Shown here: positions 50,523 to 61,500 of the stretch, in pieces | How positions within the stretch are numbered: position 1 is the first letter of the stretch | Layout of the letters: each line of letters starts with the position of its first letter | From: Anaeramoeba ignava BMAN | Taxonomy: Eukaryota; Protista; Anaeramoebae | DNA: 64,000 nt | Assembly: GCA_028826165.1 (NCBI GenBank) | Contig: JAPDFW010000058.1 | Coordinates: 186,001 to 250,000, forward strand | Direction of reading: 5' to 3' | Position numbers and translations under genes: made by a program | Notes under the pieces: model-generated | What the model saw: the letters and a program-made list of their open reading frames with translations, nothing else | Databases searched by the model: none | Told to the model about the DNA's origin: nothing

Positions 50523-52575
50523 ATGAATTCACAAAGAAATAAAAAAAGAAAATCAAGTCAAAAAGAAAAAGAAAAAGAAAGTCAAAAACAAAAAGAAAGT
50601 CAAAAACAAAAACAAAAAGAAAAAGAAAGTCAAAAACAAAAAGAAATTGAAAAAGAAACAGAAAAAGAAAAAGAAAAAGAAAAAGAAAAAGAAAGTCAAA
50701 AACAAAAACAAAAAGAAAAAGAAATTGAAAAACAAAAAGAAATTGAAAAAGAAAAAGAAAAAGAAAAAGAAAGTCAAAAACAAAAAGAAAAAGAAAAAGA
50801 AATTGAAACAGAAATTGAAAAAGAAAAAGAAATTGAAAAAGAAACAGAAAAAGAAATTGAAAAAGAAAAAGAAAAAGAAATAAAAAGTAACGATTTCTTC
50901 TTCTTTTTCTCTTTTAAAATTATTTAATTAATTTTCATAACAAACAAAAAGAATCACAAAGATCCTTGAAAAAAACACCTTCAAAAACAATAAATGATTT
51001 ATCAACACAAGTAATTTCAATTCCAATTTTAATTTCAATTCCAATTTTAATTATAATTATAATTTTAATTTCAATTTTAATTTCAATTTTGATTTTAATA
51101 TTAATTTGAAAATGAAAAGGATTTTGAACTTTTAGTATCACAAATGGTTAGATTTTTTGTATTTCATAGTCGAAAAAATATTCCAATTAAAAAAGCTGAA
51201 ATTTCTAAAAATGTTATGGAAAAATATTCAAAAATTAAAGGATTAACTGATTTAGTATTAAATCAAACCAATATTGAATTACAAAGAATTTTTGGATTTG
51301 AAATTTATATGAAACCTCCAAATAAAACTTCTTATTATTTAAGAAATCATTTATCTCAAAAACTTTATCAAATTGATTCTAAAGATATTGATTATCATGA
51401 AACTGAAAATGGTTTTTTGATGGTTATTCTTTCAATATTATTACTTGAAAAGAAAACAATAAATGAGAGTAAAATTTAAATTCAATTTCAATTTCAATTT
51501 CAATTTCAATTTCAATTTCAATTTCAATTTCAATTTCAAAATCAATTTCAATTTCAATTTCAAAATCAATTTCAATTTCAATTTCAATTTAAATTTCAAT
51601 TTCAATTTCAAATTCAAATTCAAATTCAAATTCAATTTTAATTTTAAATTCAAATTCAATTTTAATTTCAATTTCAATATCAATTTCAATTTCAATATCA
51701 AATTCAATTTCAATTTTAATATCAATTTCAATTTTAAATTTAATTTTAATTTCAATTTCAATTTCAATTTTAATTTTAATTTCAAATTCAAATTCAAATT
51801 CAAATCCAAATTCAATTTCAATTTCAAATTCAATTTCAATATCAATTTCAATTTCAATTTCAATATCAAATTCAATTTCAATTTTAATATCAATTTCAAT
51901 TTTAAATTTAATTTCAATTTCAATTTCAATTTCAATTTCAATTTTAATTTTAATTTCAAATTCAAATTCAAATCCAAATTCAATTTCAAATTCAATTTTA
52001 AATTCAATTTCAATTTCAATTTCAATTTCAATTTCAAATTCAAATTTAATTTCAATTTCAAATTCAAATTCAATTTCAAATTCAATTTCAATTTCAATTT
52101 CAATTTCAAATTCAATTTCAAAATCAATTTCAAATTCAATTTTAAATTCAAAATTAATTTCAAATTCAATATCAAATTCAATTTCAATTTTAATATCAAT
52201 TTCAAATTCAATTTTAATTTTAAATTCAAAATCAATTTCAATTTAGAAACACTTTGGGTTTTATTAAAAGAATTTTCTATTGAACCTACTACAATTATGA
52301 ATACACAAAAAGAAACAGCAAAACAAATGATTGACAAATTTATACATCAAGGATATTTAACACGCAAAGCAAAAAATCAAGCAAAAACAGAATATCAAAT
52401 TGGATTTGGAGAAAGAACAAAAACAGAAATAGAAGAAAAAACAATAGCAAATTTTATATTAACAGAAGCATATCGAGAACAAAATTCAGAGAGAGAAAAA
52501 GAAGAATTTAATAAGAAATTTAGTGTTTATTTAAAACCTGAAGAAAAGAAGAATTTAAATGAGAATTCAAATTAA
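50523..52575 (+). CDS. NSE3: MAGE-domain protein, NSE3/MAGE-G1 ortholog candidate (SMC5/6 complex); KE-rich N-terminus, last intron 51469-52246
   Basis: MVRFFVF...PIKKAEI...LQRIFGFEI...YYLRN, GFLMVILSILLL...INE|KTLW.LL, FIHQGYL, FGERTKTEI are MAGE winged-helix motifs. Confidence 0.8.
51469..52246 (+). repeat. 778-nt intron of (TTCAAT/TTCAAA)n
   Basis: Direct reading; GT...TAG boundaries restore the MAGE frame. Confidence 0.85.
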
Positions 52576-53475
52576 AATTAAAATTCATTTATAAAATTAA
52601 AATTAAAATTGAAATTAAAATTCATTTATAAAATCGGATAAAAATTGAAATTAAATTCATTTATAAAATTAAAATTCATTTATAAAATAATTCAAATTCA
52701 TTTATAAAATTGAAAATCGGATAAAAATTAAAATTGAAAATCATTTATAAAATTAAAATTCATTTATAAAATTAAAATTCATTTATAAAATTAAAAATTA
52801 ATTTATAAAATTAAAATTCATTTATAAAATTAAAATTAAAATTCATTTATAAAATTAAAATTCATTTATAAAATTGAAAATCGGATAAAAATTAAAATTG
52901 ATTTATAAAATTAAAATTGAAATTCATTTATAAAATTAAAATTGAAATTCATTTATAAAATTGAAAATCGGATAAAAATTAAAATTCATTTATAAAATTA
53001 AAATTAAAATTCATTTATAAAATTAAAATTAAAATTCATTTATAAAATTGAAAATCGGATAAAAATTAAAATTGATTTATAAAATTAAAATTAAAATTCA
53101 TTTATAAAATTAAAATTAAAATTCATTTATAAAATTGAAAATCGGATAAAAATTAAAATTAAAATTCATTTATAGAAATTGAAATTCATTTATAAAATTA
53201 AAATTCATTTATAAAATTAAAATTGAAATTGATTTATAAAATTGAAAATCGGATAAAAATTAAAATTAAAATTCATTTATAAAATTGAAATTAATTTATA
53301 AAATTGAAATTAAAATTCATTTATAAAATAATTCAAATTCATTTATAAAATTGAAAATCGGATAAAAATTAAAATTAAAATTAATTTATAAAATTAAAAT
53401 TGAAATTCATTTATAAAATTAAAATTCATTTATAAAATTAAAATTAAAATTCATTTATAAAATTGAAATTGAAAA
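52576..53475. repeat. Composite minisatellite (ATTCATTTATAAAATTAAA interspersed with TTGAAAATCGGATAAAA)
   Basis: About 8 copies of AATCGGATAAAA within ~19-25-nt units. Confidence 0.85.
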
Positions 53476-53626
53476 TTTAATAATTTTTAACGTTTTTTAT
53501 TTAAATTTTTTATTGTTTTTTTTAATTTAAATAAAAAAAAAAACAGTTTAAAAATAAAATAATTTTTTTCATTTTTTTCTTTTTCATTTTTTTCTTTTTC
53601 ATTTTTCTCGTTTCTTTAAAAATAAA

Positions 53627-56600
53627 ATGACAAACACACAAAATACAATTCCAGGAGTAGAAACATCATTTATACAATTTTTCCAAAAACTTCCAACAAC
53701 AAAAAAAGATGAAATCCGATTCTTTGAAAGAAAATCTGATGGGAAATTTTATACATGTCACGGAAATGATGCAAAATTTATAGCGGAAGAATATTATCGT
53801 ACTTTAGCGACACTGAAATACCTTGGACCTCAGAACAACCAGCTGCCCAGCCTATCGTTATCTCAACAAATGTTTGATAGCGTGATTCGCGATCTTCTTC
53901 TTATCAAAAGATATAGAGTTGAGGTTTGGGGGACTGCGAAGAACGAGGATGATTTGGAAACACAAAAAACGAAAAAAGCAAAAAATATCAAGAAAAAAAC
54001 ACAACCGATAAAAACGCAAAGAGGGAAGAATTGGGTTGTAATCAAAAAGGGATCACCGGGAAACGTGCGTGATTTCAAGGATGTACTATTTGGAGCAGAT
54101 GGCGAAATTGAATATATTGATGCCTCGCCAATTGTAATGGGGATCAAAATAGGAAAAGAAGAAGGCGAACGAGTTCTTGGAATTGCTTTTTGCGACACAA
54201 CATTGCATTCACTTGCCGTTTGCGAGCTCAAGGACGACGAGCAATTCTCGACGTTTGAAAGTCTATGTGTGCAAATTGGCGCAAAAGAATGTTTATTATT
54301 ATCAATGGATTCTGCGAATAAAGAGCAAAAAAGCGATTTGAAAAAAATTCATGAAATTTTGAGGAAAAATCAAATCGTTCTAACTGAACAACAAAAGCAA
54401 CTGTTTTCCGTTAAAAATATCCAGCAAGACCTATCGCGTCTTGTGGGAAATCTTGCGAATCATCTGCAAGAAATGATGAAAAAAAACGCAATTGCAGCAA
54501 CAGCTTGTTTGATCAAATATCTCGATTTACTCGCAAATGATGCAAACTTTGCAATGTACTCGTTCCGCTCTTTCGACCCAAAAAACTTCATGCGTCTTGA
54601 TTCGGCGGCCGTTGAGGCACTCAACTTATTCCCGAGCAAAAAAGACCATATTGACACTCGGGTATCTTTCAATTACTCAAGTTATTTAAATCAATCAAAT
54701 TCAACGCAATCAAAGTTGAACACTCAGAATAATTCAACCGACAACGAAAACGAAAATCAAACGGAATCCAATTCAATCCCAAAATCTTTACTTTCAATTT
54801 CTAATTTGAACCGCTACTCAAATCTTGCGGGTCTTTTGAATGATTGCAAAACAAAAATGGGATCAAGGAAATTGTTCTTGTGGATTAAACAGCCACTAAT
54901 AAACAAGGAGGAGATTGAAAGAAGGCATAATTTCGTCGAGATCTTTTTCGAGGATACTCACACACGTTTTAAACTGCAGACGTTCTTGAAAAAAATCCCA
55001 GATATTAACAGAATCACAAAAAAGTTCCAACGAGGAAGTGCCAAACTCCAGGACATCGTCCAACTTTATGACGCAACCCAAACTCTGAAACAGATATACA
55101 ATACTCTTCAGGAATATGATGCAGACGAAAATGCTCTTGATGACTCCGATGATTTCAACATGGACTCATTCAAGTTCGATAAAGGCGAAGAAAAAACTAT
55201 CAAAAAATCAAATGTTCATATTTTGGAGGATGAGCAGTTGGATGCTCATATTCCAAGCAAAATCTCATCCAAACAAAAGCAACTTGTCAGAGAAGTTTAC
55301 ACACAGCCAATTTCCCAAATCATTTCCGATCTTTCCAATTTCGAGGAAATGGTCGAGAGTATCATCGATCTTTCTCAAGCAGAAAAACACAAATTTTTAA
55401 TTAAATCACATTTCGATCCAGAACTTGATAAAATGAACAAGAAAAAGGAAAAAATCAAGGAGAAGATCGAGAGGATTGAGAAGAAAGTCAACTCCCACTT
55501 CTCCAAATCAAATATCAAGGTCAAGTTTGAATCAAACGATCAAATTGGGTTTTATTTCCGAATTTCAAGAAAAGATGAAAAGGAAATTCGAAACTCAAAA
55601 AAATGGAAGCCGTTAGAAACGCGAAGAGACGGAATACGTTTCTCCACACAAAAACTGATTGATCTCAACAGGAAGAACCAAGAAATTGAGGAGAAATATA
55701 ATCAATTACAAACAGAATTAGTATCTCATGTAATTGAAGTCGCGCTTTCTTATGTTTCCATTTTTGAGGTTGTTGCCGAAACTATTTCTGAATTGGATGT
55801 GATCATAAGCTTCGCCTCAGTCGCTTGCAATGCGCCAACTCCCTTTATTCGTCCTGTAATGTATGATTCAACTCATGGAGTGCTTCGATTGAAGGATTCA
55901 AGACATCCTTGTTTGGAAATGCAAGATGAAGTTAATTTTATCCCAAACGATATTGATATGGAAAAGAATAAGTCATCTTTTATTATTATTACAGGCCCAA
56001 ATATGTTTGGGAAATGTATTGTTGGAGATTCTTTAGTTTTCACAGAAAAAGGGATTTTTGAGATCCAAGATTTGAATCCAAATTTAAATCAAAATTCAAA
56101 TCCAAATTTAAATCAAAAAAATTCAAAAAATTTAAATCAAAAAAATTCAAAAAATTTAAATCAAAAAAATCAAAATTATGGATTCCATTCATTTCCAAAT
56201 CAAAAAAATTCAAAAAATTCAAAAAATTCAAAAAATCAAAAAAATCAAAATTGTTCAAAATTCTCCATTAAAACTAGATTCGGTTTGAAAAAACCTTCTC
56301 ATTTCTTTTTCGGAAAATTCAAAAAATGTCTTACTATAATCACAAAAAGAGGTTTCCAAATTTCAGGAACAAAAAATCATAAACTACTTGTTTCGAATCA
56401 AAATAATTTCTTTTATAAAAAATTTTCTCATTTATCTCAAAATGAAAATGTTATCATTAATTACGGAATGAATTTATGGAGCTCAAAAAAATTAATTAAA
56501 CTTGAAAATCCTCATTCCCAAAAAATCAATGAAAATAATATCATTTATCCAACATCTCTTACTCAAGAATTATCCTTTCTACTTGGAATTATAATCGGAA

Positions 56601-58262
56601 ATGATTCAATTATAAAAAGTGATTCAATTACTTTTAACTCAAAAAACCCAAACAAATCCAAAAAGTTATTGAGATTTTTATTCAAAAAAATTTTCAACTT
56701 TCAAAATATCAACTTTTTCAATCAATTTAATTCGAAATTTTCAATTAAACTCCACAAAGATTTAATTCAATTCTTCAAAACAAACTTTGAATTCAATCTA
56801 AACCAAAAAAGCAAAGAAATACCCAAAAAAATTCTCAGATCTTCTTTTGTTTTAATTGTTTCTTTTCTTTCAGGATTTTTCTTTTTATTCAACAACCAAA
56901 AAAATTTATCAACAAAAAAACAAGATTCCAAAATGATCATCAATTCATCAAAATTATCACAACAAATTCAACTTCTTTTATTGAATTTTGGGATAATTTC
57001 ATCACGAAAAGAAATTTCTTCAAAAGAAAATGATTCAATTTATTATGAATTGGAAATTGAAAAAGAAAGAAAATATCAAGATATTTTTGAGAATTTATTT
57101 GATTTTGATTTTAATTTTAATTTTAATTTTAATTTTGATTTTGATTTTGATTTTGAATTTGATTTTGAAGGAATTTCAAAAAAGAAGCAAAAATATATGG
57201 AAAAACTAATTGAAAAAGGAAAACAAAGTGGAGGATTTTATTTGGAAGAAGAAATCAAGAAAATTGAAAAAGAAACAAATGAAAAAAAGCAAGTATATGA
57301 TTTAGCAATGGAAAAGGAGCATTCATACATTGCGAATGGATTTGTATCACATAATTCAACATTTATCAAGCAAGTGGGCGTGATTGTGCTAATGGCACAA
57401 ATAGGTTCATTTGTTCCTTGTTCATTAGCTGAAATATCAATTCGCGATTGCATTCTTGCACGAGTTGGAGCTGGAGATCGCCAACTTCAAGGAGTATCAA
57501 CATTTTTTGCAGAAATGCTTGAGTCATCCTCAATTCTCAAAACAGCAACTCGCGATTCATTGATAATCATTGATGAACTTGGAAGAGGAACATCAACCGT
57601 TGATGGTTTTGCTTTGGCTTGGTCAATTTCAGAATATATTTGTAAAGAAATTGGCGCTTTTACTTTATTTGCCACTCATTTTCATGAATTAACCGTTTTG
57701 GATAAACATTTATCAATGGTCGCAAATTTTCATGTTTCTTCTTTTACTTCACAGAATAATATTACCCCTTTATATAAAATTAAAAATGGTCCAAGTGACC
57801 AAAGTTTGGGTATTAGAGTCGCTGAAATTACAAGATTCCCTCAATCCGTTATTGATGAAGCAAAGAGAAAACATAAAGAATTGGAATCAAAGAAAAAACC
57901 TTTTGAATATAAATTTCTTTTAGATAAGGAAGAAATTGAAAAGAAAGATTTAGAGATGGAAATTGAAAATGAAAATGAAAATGAAAATGAAAATCAAATT
58001 GAAAATGAAAATCAAAAAGAAAATGAAAATCAAAAAGAAAATGAAAATCAAAATGAAAATCAAAATCAAAATTCAATTAAATCAAGCAAACCAAATTATT
58101 ACTAATTTTCTAAATAATTTTAAAAATCTTCCTTTTGATAAAATGGCTCCTTTAGATGCTTTCCAAAAAATGATTCAATTAAAAAATGAAGTTTTAAATT
58201 CTCAAAATTCTTTTATTTTTGGATTATTGGAAAAAAATCAAGAAAACGAAGAAAAAAAATGA
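53627..58262 (+). CDS. MSH2: DNA mismatch repair protein MSH2 precursor containing an intein; intronless; +1 A slip near 58070 (ORF as given stops at 58105)
   Basis: [58 protein letters not shown]|[60 protein letters not shown]. The MSH2-type C-terminal helix (IITNFL...LPF...[11 protein letters not shown]) lies in the shifted frame. Confidence 0.95.
56015..57355 (+). mobile_element. Intein (447 aa, precursor residues 797-1243) with degenerate LAGLIDADG homing endonuclease, in the MSH2 P-loop
   Basis: Block [14 protein letters not shown]; block [14 protein letters not shown]; LAGLIDADG-like [10 protein letters not shown] and FLSGFFFL; block [15 protein letters not shown]; blocks [23 protein letters not shown] followed by Ser+1. 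Removal restores GPNMFGKST. Confidence 0.95.
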
Positions 58263-58299
58263 AAAGGAAAAAAATCAAAAGAAAATAAAAAGAAAATAA

Positions 58300-58500
58300 A
58301 AGAATTTTGATTTTAATTTGATTTTGAATTTTGATTTTAATTTTGATTTTAATTTTGATTTTGATTTTGATTTTGATTTTGATTTTAATTTTTATTTTAA
58401 TTTTAATTTTAATTTTAATTTTAATTTTGATTTTGATTTTAATTTTGATTTTGATTTTAATTTGAATTTTAATTTTAATTTTGATTTTGAATTTGATTAA
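58300..58500. repeat. (TTTTGA/TTTTAA)n microsatellite between convergent gene ends
   Basis: Direct reading. Confidence 0.8.
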
Positions 58501-61500
58501 AAATATTTGAGCAAAATTGATAAACATAGAAACTGTTTCCTAATAAAATTTCTTCATCATTATCAAAATTTTCTTCAATTTCTTTATAAATAATTGTTGT
58601 TTTATCTTTAATTGAAAAAAGAAATAATTTTCTAAATGAATAATTATTATTCAAATTTCCTTTAAGTTTCCTAATAAAATCTTTCAAAACACAAATAAAA
58701 TCAAATATTGGGATTTTTTTTGTAATTTTTTCTAATGAATTTTTCAATAATGAAATTTGGAAAGAAGTCATTTCCATTTGAATTTTTTATCAAGATTTTT
58801 CAAAACATTTTCAAAATTATCTTTAAATTGTTTATGAATAAATAAAAGATGTTTCATTTTAGCAAATTGTTTAAATTTTGATAAATCATTTTCAATATCT
58901 TCTAAATTTTTAAATTCAAATTTAAATTGAAATTCAAGTTTTGTTTTAATAAATTCTATTATTGATAAATCTTTTAATTTTGAAAATTTATTTTCATTTT
59001 CATTTTTAATATTTTGACATCCCAAAATTATATATTCAATAAGTTTTTCAAAAGTTGCAAACAAATTATTCCTTTCTAATTCTTCTTTAATTTGTTTCCA
59101 TTGATCATGATTTAATTCTTCTTGTTCCCATTTTATTTCTTTTTCAAGATATTCTGTTTTGATTTCAATTTGTTTTCCATAATAATTAAAATTTTCAATT
59201 TCAATTTTGAAAATATTTGTTTCTTTTAAATAATTTAATTTTTTTCTAATAAATTCTTCAATATAATCTAATTCTTGAATTAAATTATTATAATTTATAA
59301 ATTCTTGAAATTCTTGAATATTAAATTTGATAATTTTAATAAAATCTGAATTTAATATTTTTGGGAAATGAAGAATTGATTCTTTAAATTCTTGGTTATT
59401 TTCATTATTTTCATTATTTTCATTATTTTCATTTTGTTCATTTTGTTCATTATTTTCATTATTTTGATTTTCATTATTTTCATTATTTTGATTATGTTGT
59501 GAATCTTGGAAAATAGATTTTAGAAATGGAGATTTAATTAATTCATTATGTAGATTAATTGAATGTTCAATTAATATTGGAATCATTAAATTATAATTTT
59601 CTTTTCCTGTTAAACAGAAATCAATTATATCTTCTTTTTTAATTTCATCTTTGAAATTATCATCATTAATTTCTTTTGTAATTTGTAAATATTTAATTTC
59701 TTTTGAACTTAATTTCCAAAATTCTTCAAATTGTAAATATAATTTATTGGTTATTGGATTGTTTTCTGTTTCAATAAATTTTTGAATTTGAATTACTTTT
59801 GCTTCTTCTTTTGAAATTTTTCCATTCATTTTTTTCATTATTAAACTTGTAAATTTAATAAATCCTTCAAATAAATTTAATATTTCTAATTTTGGATAAT
59901 TTTCAATTATAAATTTAATCAATGGATATTTTTCAAAATCTTCTTCTTCTTTTTTTTGAATGTATAAATTAATAATTGGATATAAATTTGGTTTTGATAA
60001 ATCAAATAAATTTATTTTTGTTTTGGATTGTTGTAATTTTTTGTTGATTTTATATTTTTTTTTAATATTTGAAATTATTTTTTCATGATTTTCTTTAAAA
60101 ACATCAGAAAATATTTTTTCTAATTTATTTCTTGTTTCAACTTCTTTGAAATTATTTTTTCTTATTACATCCGCAATTTTCTTTTTGGAAAATAATTTTA
60201 GTGTTTCATAATAATAAAGTATTGATTGATAATTTGTAAGATTTGTTAATTTGGATATAATCAATAAATCATTTTCAATATGAGAAATTAATTGTTTGAT
60301 TAATTCTTTTTGATTTTTTGGTTTAAAAACACAATTATTAATCATTGAAATGAAATGATTTGAAAATTTTTCAGAAATAATTGAAAAAGGAAGAATTGAT
60401 GAATGAATTAATAATCTAATAATTCTAAAAGTTATTGGATGTAATTTTCGATATGTTAATAATGGATTTGAATTTGGTATTTTAGAAACTGAATAAGATA
60501 AAACATTTTCAAAAAATTCTGAATTAATTTCATTTTCTTTTAAATTTGATTTACAAAATTCACACCAATTTTGTAATTTAATATTAGAAGATTTCACAAA
60601 ATTTAAATGTTTATTTTCACATAATTTCCAATAACCTTTTTCTTTTTCAAATTCTTGTTGAAATGGATGTGATCCCATTGATAAAAAATATGATTTTTCA
60701 AGCATTTCTTGTTTTAATTGTGATTCTCCAACTTCAAATAAAAGATCAGATGAAAATAAAAATCGAAATGGTTCAAGTTTTGTATTATCAATAAATTCAA
60801 CACTTTGAATTATCATTTTGAAAATTTCTTTGTTTTCAATTTCTTTTTCAATTTCCCAAAAATTTTCGATAAAATTGTGAAATAATATAACTTATTTTGT
60901 GTTCTGAAACAAATGAAATATGTGTTTTTTGAAATTGTAATGATAAATCATTTCCAATTTCTTTTTGTTCATAATAATATAATAATGATTGATCTTTGTT
61001 CTTTTTTGGATATTCTATTATTATTGAATCATTTCTTTTTGAATTTAAAATATTTTGAGAAATTTCTAGTTTTTTAATTTTATCAGGAATTTCTTTTTCA
61101 ATAAAATTTTGAAGATAATTTCTTCCTTTATCATTTTCAATTTCATTAAAAATAAATTTAATCCATATTTCTCCACTTTTTTTTGAAAAACTATTTTTAA
61201 ATTTTTGTATTATTTTTTTTGGATTTCGAAGTAACATTTTTCTTTTTTCAATAAATTTAATAATATTTTGAATTGAGAATTGATTTTTAGAAATTGCAAC
61301 CATAATATTTTTTGCTTTCAAATTTGGTTTTAGATTCTTTCTTTAAATTAGGTAAATCTTGATTTTTAAAGAGATTTTGTTGAATAGACTTAATATTGTT
61401 TCTTATTTCTTCATTTTCATTAATAATTTTTATACAAGAAATAAGAATAATATTTTCTGATTTGTTTTCTAATATATTTTGATTTGTATTTTTCAAAAAT

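Noticed and set aside
52576-53475. CRISPR array
   Set aside because: No unique spacers, no cas genes, eukaryotic context.
56015-57355. MSH2 insertion as a spliceosomal or self-splicing intron
   Set aside because: It is fully open in frame, has no GT-AG ends at its boundaries, and has complete intein terminal motifs.
58060-58110. Programmed frameshifting or true truncation in MSH2 (similar slips at ~17765, ~26040, ~34295, ~34840 and in 58475-63748)
   Set aside because: The slips examined each lie in an A/T homopolymer, and a 1-nt correction restores conserved sequence, which is typical of long-read error. The RNF213-like junctions were not resolved individually. Needs short-read confirmation.
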